64,000 nucleotides of DNA from contig OZ024745.1 in assembly GCA_964016885.1 (NCBI GenBank), positions 59,768,001 through 59,832,000 on the forward strand, written 5' to 3'. Position numbers and translations under genes: made by a program. The notes beneath the pieces were generated by a model that searched no databases, had not been told where the DNA came from, and worked only from the letters and a program-made list of their open reading frames with translations. Of this stretch, positions 39,201-52,973 are shown in pieces (positions within the stretch are counted from its first letter, which is position 1; each line of letters begins with the position of its first letter). The DNA comes from Eledone cirrhosa (lineage: Eukaryota).

Positions 39201-42200
39201 AGAACCTCGACTTGGAGTGAGAACCTCGACTTGGAGTGAAAACCTCGACTTGGAGTGAAAACCTCGACTTGGAGTGAAAACCTCGACTTGGAGTGAAAAC
39301 CTCGACTTGGAGTGAGAACCTCGACTTGGAGTGAAAACCTCGACTTGGAGTGAGAACCTCGACTTGGAGTGAGAACCTCGACTTGGAGTGAAAACCTCGA
39401 CTTGGAGTGAAAACCTCGACTTGGAGTGAAAACCTCGACTTGGAGTGAGAACCTCGACTTGGAGTGAAAACCTCGACTTGGCGTGAGAACCTCGACTTGG
39501 AGTGAGAACCTCGACTTGGAGTGAAAACCTCGACTTGGAGTGAAAACCTCGACTTGGAGTGAAAACCTCGACTTGGAGTGAAAACCTCGACTTGGAGTGA
39601 GAACCTCGACTTGGAGTGAAAACCTCGACTTGGAGTGAAAACCTCGACTTGGAGTGAAAACCTCGACTTGGAGTGAGAACCTCGACTTGGAGTGAAAACC
39701 TCGACTTGGAGTGAGAACCTCGACTTGGAGTGAAAACCTCGACTTGGAGTGAGAACCTCGACTTGGAGTGAAAACCTCGACTTGGAGTGAGAACCTCGAC
39801 TTGGAGTGAAAACCTCGACTTGGAGTGAGAACCTCGACTTGGAGTGAGAACCTCGACTTGGAGTGAGAACCTCGACTTGGAGTGAAATCCTCGACTTGGA
39901 GTGAAAACCTCGACTTGGAGTGAGAACCTCGACTTGGAGTGAGAACCTCGACTTGGAGTGAGAACCTCGACTTGGAGTGGAAACCTCGACTTGGAGTGGA
40001 AACCTCGACTTGGAGTGAGAACCTCGACTTGGAGTGAGAACCTCGACTTGGAGTGAAAACCTCGACTTGGAGTGAGAACCTCGACTTGGAGTGAGTACCT
40101 CGACTTGGAGTGAAAACCTCGACTTGGAGTGAGAACCTCGAATTGGAGTGAAAACCTCGACGTGGAGTGAGAACCTCGACTTGGAGTGAGAACCTCGACT
40201 TGGAGTGAGAACCTCGACTTGGAGTGAGAACCTCGACTTGGAGTGAGAACCTCGACTTGGAGTGAAAACCTCGACTTGGAGTGAGAACCTCGACTTGGAG
40301 TGAGAACCTCGACTTGGAGTGAAAACCTCGACTTGGAGTGAGAACCTCGACTTGGAGTGAGAACCTCGACTTGGAGTGAAAACCTCGACTTGGAGTTAGA
40401 ACCTCGACTTGGAGTGAAAACCTCGACTTGGAGTGAGAACCTCGACTTGGAGTGAAAACCTCGACTTGGAGTGAGAACCTCGACTTGGAGTGAAAACCTC
40501 GACTTGGAGTGAAAACCTCGACTTGGAGTGAGAACCTCGACTTGGAGTGAAAACCTCGACTTGGAGTGAGAACCTCGACTTGGAGTGAAAACCTCGACTT
40601 GGAGTGAGAACCTCGACTTGGAGTGAAAACCTCGACTTGGAGTGAAAACCTCGACTTGGAGTGAAAACCTCGACTTGGAGTGAGAACCTCGACTTGGAGT
40701 GAGAACCTCGACTTGGAGTGAAAACCTCGACTTGGAGTGAGAACCGCGACTTGGAGTGAAAACCTCGACTTGGAGTGAGAACCTCGACTTGGAGTGAAAA
40801 CCTCGACTTGGAGTGAAAACCTCGACTTGGAGTGACAACCTCGACTTGGAGTGAAAACCTCGACTTGGAGTGACAACCTCGTCTTGGAGTGAAAACCTCG
40901 ACTTGGAGTGAGAACCTCGACTTGGAGTGAGAACCTCGACTTGGAGTGAAAACCTCGACTTGGAGTGAAAACCTCGACTTGGAGTGAGAACCTCGACTTG
41001 GAGTGAGAACCTCGACTTGGAGCGAAAACCTCGACTTGGAGAGAGAACCTCGACTTGGAGTGAGAACCTCGATTTTGAGTGAAAACCTCGACTTGGAGTG
41101 AGAACCTCGAATTGGAGTGAAAACCTCGACTTGGAGTGAGAACCTCGACTTGGAGTGAGAACCTCGACTTGGAGTGAAAACCTCGACTTGGAGTGAGAAC
41201 CTCGACTTGGAGTGAAAACCTCGACTTGGAGTGAAAACCTCGACTTGGAGTGAAAACCTCGACTTGAAGTGAAAACCTCGACTTGGAGTGAGAACCTCGA
41301 CTTGGAGTGACAACCTCGACTTGGAGTGACAACCTCGACTTGGAGTGAAAACCTCGACTTGGAGTGAGAACCACGACTTGGAGTGAAAACCTCGACTTGG
41401 AGTGAGAACCTCGACTTGGAGTGAAAACCTCGACTTGGAGTGAAAACCTCGACTTGGAATGAGAACCTCGACTTGGAGTGAGAACCTCGACTTGGAGTGA
41501 GAACCTCGACTTGGAGTGTAAACTGCGACTCTGAGTAAGAACCTCGACTTGGAGTGAAAACCTCGACTTGGAGTGAGAACCTCGACTTGGAGTGAAAACC
41601 TCGACTTGGAGTGAGAACCTCGACTTGGAGTGAAAACCTCGACTTGGAGTCAGAACCTCGGCTTGGAGTCAGAACCTCGACTTGGAGTGAAAACCTCGAC
41701 TTGGAGTGAAAACCTCGACTTGGAGTGAAAACCTCGACTTGGAGTGAGAACCTCGACTTGGAGTGAGAACCTCGACTTGGAGTGAAAACCTCGACTTGGA
41801 GTGAGAACCTCTACTTGGAGTGAAAACCTCGACTTGAAGTGTAAACTGCGACTTGGAGTGAGAACCTCGACTTGGAGTGAAAACCTCGACTTGGAGTGAG
41901 AACCTCGACTTGGAGTGAGAACCTCGACTTGGAGTGAGAACCTCGACTTGGAGTGAAAAACTCGACTTGGAGTGAGAACCTCGACTTGGAGTGAGAACCT
42001 CGACTTGGAGTGAGAACCTCGACTTGGAGTGAGAACCTCGACTTGGAGTGAGAACCTCGACTTGGAGTGAGAACCTCGACTTGCAGTGAAAACCTCGACT
42101 TGGAGTGAGAACCTCGACTTGCAGTGAAAACCTCGACTTGGAGTGAGAACCTCGACTTGGAGTGAAAACCTCGATTTGGAGTGAGAACCTCGACTTGCAG

Positions 42201-42951
42201 TGAAAACCTCGACTTGGAGTGAGAACCTCGACTTGGAGTGAAAACCTCGACTTGCAGTGAAAACCTCGACTTGGAGTGAGAACCTCGACTTGGAGTGAAA
42301 ACCTCGACTTGGAGTGAAAACCTCGACTTGGAGTGAAAACCTCGACTTGGAATGAAAACCTCGACTTGGAGTGAGAACCTCGACTTGGAGTGAGAACCTC
42401 GACTTGGAGTGAGAACCTCGACTTGGAGTGAGAACCTCGACTTGGAGTGTAAACTGCGACTCTGAGTGAAAACCTCGACTTGGAGTGAGAACCTCGACTT
42501 GGAGTGAGAACCTCGACTTGGAGTGAGAACCTCGACTTGGAGTGAAAACCTCGACTTGGAGTGAAAACCTCGACTTGGAGTGAAAACCTCGACTTGGAGT
42601 GAGAACCTCGACTTGGAGTGAAAACCTCGACTTGGAGTGAAAACCTCGACTTGGAGTGAGAACCTCGACTTGGAGTGAGAACCTCGACTTGGAGTGAGAA
42701 CCTCGACTTGGAGTGTAAACTGCGACTCTGAGTGAAAACCTCGACTTGGAGTGAGAACCTCGACTTGGAGTGAAAACCTCGACTTGGAGTGAGAACCTCG
42801 ACTTGGAGTCAGAACCTCGACTTGGAGTCAGAACCTTGACTTGGAGTCAGAACCTCGACTTGGAGTCAGAACCTCGACTTGGAGTGTAAACTGCGACTTG
42901 GAGTGAGAACCTCGACTTGGAGTGAAAACCTCGACTTGGAGTGAAAACCTC

Positions 42952-43369
42952 GACTTGGAGTGTAAACTGCGACTTGGAGTGTAAACTGCGACTTGGAGTG
43001 TAATGTACAACTTGGAGCATAATGTACAACTTGGAGCATAATGTACGACTTGGAGCATAATGTACGACTTAGAGTGTAATGTAGGACTTAGAGTGTAATG
43101 TAGGACTTAGAGTGTAATGTAGGACTAGGAGCATAATGTAGGACTAGGAGCATAATGTACGACTTGGAGTGTAATGTAGGACATGGAGTGTAATGTAGGA
43201 CTTGGAGTGTAAACTGCGAGTTGAAATATAAATTGCGACTTGGATAGTAAACCTTGACTTGCAGTGTATTGAACAACTTGGGGTGTATACTGCGGCTTGG
43301 AGTGTAAACTGCGGCTCCGAATATAAACTACGACTTGCAGTGTCATATATGACTCTGAGTGAAAACCTC
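42952..43369 (+). repeat. Cassette 10 (22 monomers; GATAGT haplotype)
   Basis: 3 TTAG monomers; 418 bp. Confidence 0.95.
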
Positions 43370-45458
43370 GACTTGGGGTGAAAACCTCGACTTGGAGTGA
43401 GAACCTCGACTTGGAGTGAGAACCTCGACTTGGAGTGAAAACCTCGACTTGGAGTGAAAACCTCGACTTGGAGTGAAAACCTCGACTTGGAGTGAGAACC
43501 TCGACTTGGAGTGAGAACCTCGACTTGGAGTGAGAACCTCGACTTGGAGTGAGAACCTCGACTTGCAGTGAAAACCTCGACTTGCAGTGAGAACCTCGAC
43601 TTGGAGTGAGAACCTCGACTTGGAGTGAAAACCTCGACTTGGAGTGAAAACCTCGACTTGGAGTGAGGACCTCGACTTGGAGTGAGGACCTCGACTTGGA
43701 GTGAAAACCTCGACTTGGAGTGAAAACCTCGACTTGGAGTGAAAACCTCGACTTGGAGTGAGAACCTCGACTTGGAGTGAAAACCTCGACTTGGAGTGAG
43801 AACCTCGACTTGGAGTGAAAACCTCGACTTGGAGTGAGAACCTGACTTGGAGTGAGAACCTCGACTTGGAGTGAAAACCTCGACTTGGAGTGAGAACCTC
43901 GACTTGGAGTGAGAACGTCGACTTGGAGTGAGAACCTCGACTTGGAGTGAAAACCTCGACTTGGAGTGAAAACCTCGACTTGGAGTGAAAACCTCGACTT
44001 GGAGTGAAAACCTCGACTTGGAGTGAAAACCTCGACTTGGAGTGAAAACCTCGACTTGGAGTGAGAACCTCGACTTGGAGTGAAAACCTCGACTTGGAGT
44101 GAGAACCTCGACTTGGAGTGAAAACTTCGACTTGGAGTTAGAACCTCGACTTGGAGTGAGAACCTCGACTTGGAGTGAGAACCTCGACTTGGAGTGAAAA
44201 CCTCGACTTGGAGTGAGAACCTCGACTTGGAGTTAAAACCTCGACTTGGAGTGAGAACCTCGACTTGGAGTGAAAACCTCGACTTGGAGTGAGAACCTCG
44301 ACTTGGAGTGAGAACCTCGACTTGGAGTGAAAACCTCGACTTGGAGAGAGAACCTCGACTTGGAGTGAGAACCTCGACTTTGAGTGAAAACCTCGACTTT
44401 GAGTGAAAACCTCGACTTGGAGTGAAAACCTCGACTTGGAGTGAGAACCTCGACTTGGAGTGAAAACCTCGACTTGGAGTGAAAACCTCGACTTGGGGTG
44501 AAAACCTCGACTTGGAGTGAAAACCTCGACTTGGAGTGAAAACCTCGACTTGGAGTGAAAACCTCGACTTGGGGTGGAAACCTCGACTTGGAGTGAGAAC
44601 CTCGACTTGGAGTGAGAACCTCGAGTTGGAGTGAGAACCTCGACTTGGAGTGAGAACCTCGACTTGGAGTGAAAACCTCGACTTGGAGTGAAAACCTCGA
44701 CTTGGAGTAAGAACCTCGACTTGGAGTGAAAACCTCGACTTGGAGTGAAAACCTCGACTTGGAGTGAAAACCTCGACTTGAAGTGAGAACCTCGACTTGG
44801 AGTGAGAACTTCGACTTGGAGTGACAACCTCGACTTGGAGTGACAACCTCGACTTGGAGTGAAAACCTCGACTTGGAGTGAGAACCACAACTTGGAGTGA
44901 AAACCTCGACTTGGAGTGAGAACCTCGACTTGGAGTGAAAACCTCGACTTGGAGTGAAAACCTCGACTTGGAATGAGAACCTCGACTTGGAGTGAGAACC
45001 TCGACTTGGAGTGAGAACCTCGACTTGGAGTGTAAACTGCGACTCTGAGTGAAAACCTCGACTTGGAGTGAGAACCTCGACTTGGAGTGAAAACCTAGAC
45101 TTGGAGTGAGAACCTCGACTTGGAGTGAAAACCTCGACTTGGAGTGAGAACCTCGACTTGGAGTGAAAACCTCGACTTGGAGTGAGAACCTCGACTTGGA
45201 GTGAAAACCTCGACTTGGAGTCAGAACCTCGGCTTGGAGTCAGAACCTCGACTTGGAGTGAAAACCTCGACTTGGAGTGAACACCTCGACTTGGAGTGAA
45301 AACCTCGACTTGGAGTGAGAACCTCGACTTGGAGTGAGAACCTCGACTTGGAGTGAAAACCTCGACTTGGAGTGAGAACCTCTACTTGGAGTGAAAACCT
45401 CGACTTGAAGTGTAAACTGCGACTTGGAGTGAGAACCTCGACTTGGAGTGAAAACCTC

Positions 45459-45933
45459 GACTTGGAGTGTAAACTGCGACTTGGAGTGTAAACTGCGACT
45501 TGGAGTGTAATGTACAACTTGGAGCATAATGTACAACTTGGAGCATAATGTACGACTTGGCGCATAATGTACGACTTAGAGTGTAATGTAGGACTTAGAG
45601 TGTAATGTAGGACTTAGAGTGTAATGTAGGACTTAGAGTGTAATGTAGGACTTAGAGTGTAATGTAGGACTTAGAGTGTAATGTAGGACTAGGAGCATAA
45701 TGTAGGACTAGGAGCATAATGTACGACTTGGAGTGTAATGTAGGACTTGGAGTGTAATGTAGGACTTGGAGTGTAAACTGCGAGTTGAAATATAAATTGC
45801 GACTTGGATTGTAAACCTTGACTTGCAGTGTATTGAACAACTTGGGGTGTATACTGCGGCTTGGAGTGTAAACTGCGGCTCCGAATATAAACTACGACTT
45901 GCAGTGTCATATATGACTCTGAGTGAAAACCTC
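45459..45933 (+). repeat. Cassette 11 (25 monomers; same haplotype class as cassette 4)
   Basis: 6 TTAG monomers; 475 bp. Confidence 0.95.
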
Positions 45934-48270
45934 GACTTGGAGTGAAAACCTCGACTTGGAGTGAGAACCTCGACTTGGAGTGAGAACCTCGACTTGGAGT
46001 GAAAACCTCGACTTGGAGTGAGAACCTCGACTTGGAGTGAAAACCTCGACTTGGAGTGAAAACCTCGACTTGGAGTGAGAACCTCGACTTGGAGTGAAAA
46101 CCTCGACTTGGAGTGAAAACCTCGACTTGGAGTGAAAACCTCGACTTGGAGTGAAAACCTCGACTTGGAGTGAGAACCTCGACTTGGAGTGAGAACCTCG
46201 ACTTGGCGTGAAAACCTCGACTTGGAGTGAGAACCTCGACTTGGAGTGAAAACCTCGACTTGGAGTGAGAACCTCGACTTGGAGTGAGAACCTCGACTTG
46301 GAGTGAGAACCTCGACTTGGAGTGAGAACCTCGACTTGGAGTGAAAACCTCGACTTGGAGTGAGAACCTCGACTTGGAGTGAGAACCTCGACTTGGAGTG
46401 AAAACCTCGACTTGGAGTGAGAACCTCGACTTGGAGTGAAAACCTCGACTTGGAGTGAGAACCTCGACTTGGAGTGAGAACCTCGACTTGGAGTGAGAAC
46501 CTCGACTTGGAGTGAAAACCTCGACTTGGAGTGAGAACCTCGACTTGGAGTGAGAACCTCGACTTGGAGTGAAAACCTCGACTTGGAGTGAGAACCTCGA
46601 CTTGGAGTGAAAACCTCGACTTGGAGTGAGAACCTCGACTTGGAGTGAGAACCTCGACTTGGAGTGGAAACCTCGACTTGGAGTGAAAACCTCGACTTGG
46701 AATGAAAACCTCGACTTGGAGTGAGAACCTCGACTTGGGGTGAGAACCTCGACTTGGAGTGAGAACCTCGACTTGGAGTGAGAACCTCGACTTGGAGTGA
46801 GAACCTCGACTTGGAGTGTAAACTGCGACTCTGAGTGAAAACCTCGACTTGGAGTGAGAACCTCGACTTGGAGTGAAAACCTCGACTTGGAGTGAAAACC
46901 TCGACTTGGAGTGAGAACCTCGACTTGGAGTGAGAACCTCGACTTGGAGTGAGAACCTCGACTTGGAGTGAGAACCTCGACTTGGAGTGTAAACTGCGAC
47001 TCTGAGTGAAAACCTCGACTTGGAATGAGAACCTCGACTTGGAGTGAAAATCTCGACTTGGAGTCAGAACCTCGACTTGGAGTCAGAACCTCGACTTGGA
47101 GTGAAAACCTCGACTTGGAGTGAAAACCTCGACTTGGAGTGAGAACCTCGACTTGGAGTGAGAACCTCGACTTGGAGTGAGAACCTCGACTTGGAGTGAA
47201 AACCTCGACTTGGAGTGAGAACCTCGACTTGGAGTGAAAACCTCGACTTGGAGTGAGAACCTCGATTTGGAGTGAGAACCTCGACTTGGAGTGAGAACCT
47301 CGACTTGGAGTGAGAACCTCGACTTGGAGTGAAAACCTCGACTTGGAGTGAGAACCTCGACTTGGAGTGAAAACCTCGACTTGGAGTGAGAACCTCGACT
47401 TGGAGTGAGAACCTCGACTTGGAGTGAGAACCTCGACTTGGAGTGAGAACCTCGACTTGGAGTGAGAACCTCGACTTGGAGTGAAAACCTCGACTTGGAG
47501 TGAAAACCTCGACTTGGAATGAAAACCTCGACTTGGAGTGAGAACCTCGACTTGGGGTGAGAACCTCGACTTGGAGTGAGAACCTCGACTTGGAGTGAGA
47601 ACCTCGACTTGGAGTGAGAACCTCGACTTGGAGTGTAAACTGCGACTCTGAGTGAAAACCTCGACTTGGAGTGAGAACCTCGACTTGGAGTGAAAACCTC
47701 GACTTGGAGTGAGAACCTCGACTTGGAGTGAGAACCTCGACTTGGAGTGAAAACCTCGACTTGGAGTGAAAACCTCGACTTGGAGTGAGAACCTCGACTT
47801 GGAGTGAAAACCTCGACTTGGAGTGAAAACCTCGACTTGGAGTGAGAACCTCGACTTGGAGTGAGAACCTCGACTTGGAGTGAGAACCTCGACTTGGAGT
47901 GAGAACCTCGACTTGGAGTGTAAACTGCGACTCTGAGTGAAAACCTCGACTTGGAGTGAGAACCTCGACTTGGAGTGAAAACCTCGACTCGGAGTGAGAA
48001 CCTCGACTTGGAGTGAAAACCTCGACTTGGAGTCAGAACCTCGACTTGGAGTCAGAACCTCGACTTGGAGTCAGAACCTCGACTTGCAGTCAGAACCTCG
48101 ACTTGGAGTGAAAACCTCGACTTGGAGTGAGAACCTCGACTTGGAGTGAGAACCTCGACTTGGAGTGAAAACCTCAACTTGGAGTGAGAACCTCTACTTG
48201 GAGTGAAAACCTCGACTTGGAGTGTAAACTGCGACTTGGAGTGAGAACCTCGACTTGGAGTGAAAACCTC

Positions 48271-48707
48271 GACTTGGAGTGTAAACTGCGACTTGGAGTG
48301 TAATGTACAACTTGGAGCATAATGTACAACTTGGAGCATAATGTACGACTTGGAGCATAATGTACGACTTAGAGTGTAATGTAGGACTTAGAGTGTAATG
48401 TAGGACTTAGAGTGTAATGTAGGACTTAGAGTGTAATGTAGGACTTAGAGTGTAATGTAGGACTTAGAGTGTAATGTAGGACTAGGAGCATAATGTACGA
48501 CTTGGAGTGTAATGTAGGACTTGGAGTGTAATGTAGGACTTGGAGTGTAAACTGCGAGTTGGAATATAAATTGCGACTTGGATTGTAAACCTTGACTTGC
48601 AGTGTATTGAACAACTTGGGGTGTATACTGCGGCTTGGAGTGTAAACTGCGGCTCCGAATATAAACTACGACTTGCAGTGTCATATATGACTCTGAGTGA
48701 AAACCTC
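48271..48707 (+). repeat. Cassette 12 (23 monomers; GAGTTGGAATATA haplotype)
   Basis: 6 TTAG monomers and 1 CTAG monomer; 437 bp. Confidence 0.95.
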
Positions 48708-49030
48708 GACTTGGAGTGAAAACCTCGACTTGGAGTGAAAACCTCGACTTGGAGTGAGAACCTCGACTTGGAGTGAGAACCTCGACTTGGAGTGAAAACC
48801 TCGACTTGGAGTGAGAACCTCGACTTGGAGTGAAAACCTCGACTTGGAGTCAGAACCTCGACTTGGAGTCAGAACCTCGACTTGGAGTCAGAACCTCGAC
48901 TTGGAGTGAAAACCTCGACTTGGAGTGAAAACCTCGACTTGGAGTGAGAACCTCGACTTGGAGTGAGAACCTCGACTTGGAGTGAAAACCTCGACTTGGA
49001 GTGAGAACCTCTACTTGGAGTGAAAACCTC

Positions 49031-49448
49031 GACTTGGAGTGTAATGTACAACTTGGAGCATAATGTACGACTTGGAGCATAATGTACGACTTAGAGTGTA
49101 ATGTAGGACTTAGAGTGTAATGTAGGACTTAGAGTGTAATGTAGGACTTAGAGTGTAATGTAGGACTTAGAGTGTAATGTAGGACTTAGAGTGTAATGTA
49201 GGACTAGGAGCATAATGTAGGACTAGGAGCATAATGTACGACTTGGAGTGTAATGTAGGACTTGGAGTGTAATGTAGGACTTGGAGTGTAAACTGCGAGT
49301 TGGAATATAAATTGCGACTTGGATTGTAAACCTTGACTTGCAGTGTATTGAACAACTTGGGGTGTATACTGCGGCTTGGAGTGTAAACTGCGGCTCCGAA
49401 TATAAACTACGACTTGCAGTGTCATATATGACTCTGAGTGAAAACCTC
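49031..49448 (+). repeat. Cassette 13 (22 monomers; GAGTTGGAATATA haplotype; no TGTAAACTGC lead-in)
   Basis: 418 bp; same internal order. Confidence 0.95.
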
Positions 49449-50873
49449 GACTTGGAGTGAAAACCTCGACTTGGAGTGAAAACATCGACTTGGAGTGAGA
49501 ACCTCGACTTGGAGTGAGAACCTCGACTTGGAGTGAAAACCTCGACTTGGAGTGAGAACCTCGACTTGGAGTGAAAACCTCGACTTGGAGTGAGAACCTC
49601 GACTTGGAGTGAGAACCTCGACTTGGAGTGAAAACCTCGACTTGGAGTGAGAACCTCGACTTGGAGTGAGAACCTCGACTTGGAGTGAAAACCTCGACTT
49701 GGAGTGAGAACCTCGACTTGGAGTGAGAACCTCGACTTGGAGTGAAAACCTCGACTTGGAGTGAAAACCTCGACTTGGAGTGAAAACCTCGACTTGGAGT
49801 GAAAACCTCGACTTGGAGTGAAAACCTCGACTTGGAGTGAGAACCTCGACTTGGAGTGAGAACCTCGACTTGGAGTGAAAACCACGACTTGGAGTGAAAA
49901 CCTCGACTTGGAGTGAAAACCTCGACTTGGAGTGAGAACCTCGACTTGGAGTGAGAACCTCGACTTGGAGTGAAAACCTCGACTTGGAGTGAGAACCTCG
50001 ACTTGGAGTGATAACCTCGACTTGGAGTGAGAACCTCGACTTGGAGTGAAAACCTCGACTTGGAGTGAAAACCTCGACTTGGAGTGAAAACCTCGACTTG
50101 GAGTGAAAACCTCGACTTGGAGTGAAAACCTCGACTTGGAGTGAGAACCTCGACTTGGAGTGAGAACCTCGACTTGGAGTGAAAACCTCGACTTGGAGTG
50201 AGAACCTCGACTTGAAGTGAGAAGCTCGACTTGGAGTGAAAACCTCGACTTGGAGTGAAAACTTCGACTTGGAGTGAGAACCTCGACTTGGAGTGAGAAC
50301 CTCGACTTGGAGTGAGAACCTCGACTTGGAGTGAGAACCTCGACTTGGAGTGAGAACCTCGACTTGGAGTGAGAACCTCGACTTGGAGTGAAAACCTCGA
50401 CTTGGAGTGAGAACCTCGACTTGGAGTGAAAACCTCGACTTGGAGTGAGAACCTCGACTTGGAGTGAAAACCTCGACTTGGAGTGAAAACCTCGACTTGG
50501 AGTGAGAACCTCGACTTGGAGTGAAAACCTCGACTTGGAGTGAAAACCTCGACTTGGAGTGAAAACCTCGACTTGGAGTGAAAACCTCGACTTGGAGTGA
50601 AAACCTCGACTTGGAGTGAGAACCTCGACTTGGAGTGAAAACCTCGACTCGGAGTGAGAACCTCGACTTGGAGTGAAAACCTCGACTTGGAGTCAGAACC
50701 TCGACTTGGAGTCAGAACCTCGACTTGGAGTCAGAACCTCGACTTGGAGTGAAAACCTCGACTTGTAGTGAAAACCTCGACTTGGAGTGAGAACCTCGAC
50801 TTGGAGTGAGAACCTCGACTTGGAGTGAAAACCTCGACTTGGAGTGAGAACCTCTACTTGGAGTGAAAACCTC

Positions 50874-51253
50874 GACTTGGAGTGTAATGTACAACTTGGA
50901 GCATAATGTACAACTTGGAGCATAATGTACGACTTGGAGCATAATGTACGACTTAGAGTGTAATGTAGGACTTAGAGTGTAATGTAGGACTTAGAGTGTA
51001 ATGTAGGACTTAGAGTGTAATGTAGGACTTAGAGTGTAATGTAGGACTTAGAGTGTAATGTAGGACTAGGAGCATAATGTAGGACTAGGAGCATAATGTA
51101 CGACTTGGAGTGTAATGTAGGACTTGGAGTGTAATGTAGGACTTGGAGTGTAAACTGCGAGTTGGAATATAAATTGCGACTTGGATTGTAAACCTTGACT
51201 TGCAGTGTATTGAACAACTTGGGGTGTATACTGCGGCTTGGAGTGTAAACTGC
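50874..51253 (+). repeat. Cassette 14 (20 monomers; right-truncated out of register; GAGTTGGAATATA haplotype)
   Basis: Followed by the 10-bp partial monomer GGAGAACCTC at 51254-51263. Confidence 0.93.
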
Positions 51254-51833
51254 GGAGAACCTCGACTTGGAGTGAGAACCTCGACTTGGAGTGAGAACCT
51301 CGACTTGGAGTGTAAACTGCGACTCTGAGTGAAAACCTCGACTTGGAGTGAGAACCTCGACTTGGAGTGAAAACCTCGACTTGGAGTGAGAACCTCGACT
51401 TGGAGTGAGAACCTCGACTTGGAGTGAAAACTTCGACTTGGAGTGAAAACCTCGACTTGGAGTGAAAACCTCGACTTGGAGTGAGAACCTCGACTTGGAG
51501 TGAAAACCTCGACTTGGAGTGAAAACCTCGACTTGGAGTGAGAACCTCGACTTGGAGTGAGAACCTCGACTTGGAGTGAGAACCTCGACTTGGAGTGTAA
51601 ACTGCGACTCTGACTGAAAACCTCGACTTGGAGTGAGAACCTCGACTTGGAGTGAAAACCTCGACTTGGAGTGAAAACCTCGACTTGGAGTGAGAACCTC
51701 GACTTGGAGTGAGAACCTCGACTTGGAGTGAAAACCTCGACTTGGAGTGAGAACCTCTACTTGGAGTGAAAACCTCGACTTGGAGTGTAAACTGCGACTT
51801 GGAGTGAGAACCTCGACTTGGAGTGAAAACCTC

Positions 51834-52289
51834 GACTTGGAGTGTAAACTGCGACTTGGAGTGTAAACTGCGACTTGGAGTGTAATGTACAACTTGGAGC
51901 ATAATGTACAACTTGGAGCATAATGTACGACTTGGAGCATAATGTACGACTTAGAGTGTAATGTAGGACTTAGAGTGTAATGTAGGACTTAGAGTGTAAT
52001 GTAGGACTTAGAGTGTAATGTAGGACTTAGAGTGTAATGTAGGACTAGGAGCATAATGTAGGACTAGGAGCATAATGTACGACTTGGAGTGTAATGTAGG
52101 ACTTGGAGTGTAATGTAGGACTTGGAGTGTAAACTGCGAGTTGAAATATAAATTGCGACTTGGATTGTAAACCTTGACTTGCAGTGTATTGAACAACTTG
52201 GGGTGTATACTGCGGCTTGGAGTGTAAACTGCGGCTCCGAATATAAACTACGACTTGCAGTGTCATATATGACTCTGAGTGAAAACCTC
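51834..52289 (+). repeat. Cassette 15 (24 monomers; consensus haplotype)
   Basis: 456 bp; same order. Confidence 0.95.
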
Positions 52290-52973
52290 GACTTGGAGTG
52301 AAAACCTCGACTTGGAGTGAGAACCTCGACTTGGAGTGAGAACCTCGACTTGGAGTGAAAACCTCGACTTGGAGTGAGAACCTCGACTTGGAGTGAAAAC
52401 CTCGACTTGGAGTGAAAACCTCGACTTGGAGTGAGAACCTCGACTTGGAGTGAAAACCTCGACTTGGAGTGAGAACCTCGACTTGGAGTGAAAACCTCGA
52501 CTTGGAGTGAAAACCTCGACTTGGAGTGAGAACCTCGACTTGGAGTGAGAACCTCGACTTGGAGTGAAAACCTCGACTTGGAGTGAGAACCTCGACTTGG
52601 AGTGTAAACTGCGACTCTGAGTGAAAACCTCGACTTGGAGTGAGAACCTCGACTTGGAGTGAAAACCTCGACTTGGAGTGAGAACCTCGACTTGGAGTCA
52701 GAACCTCGACTTGGAGTCAGAACCTCGACTTGGAGTCAGAACCTCGACTTGGAGTCAGAACCTCGACTTGGAGTCAGAACCTCGACTTGGAGTGAAAACC
52801 TCGACTTGGAGTGAAAACCTCGACTTGGAGTGAGAACCTCGACTTGGAGTGAGAACCTCGACTTGGAGTGAAAACCTCGACTTGGAGTGAGAACCTCTAC
52901 TTGGAGTGAAAACCTCGACTTGGAGTGTAAACTGCGACTTGGAGTGAGAACCTCGACTTGGAGTGAAAACCTC

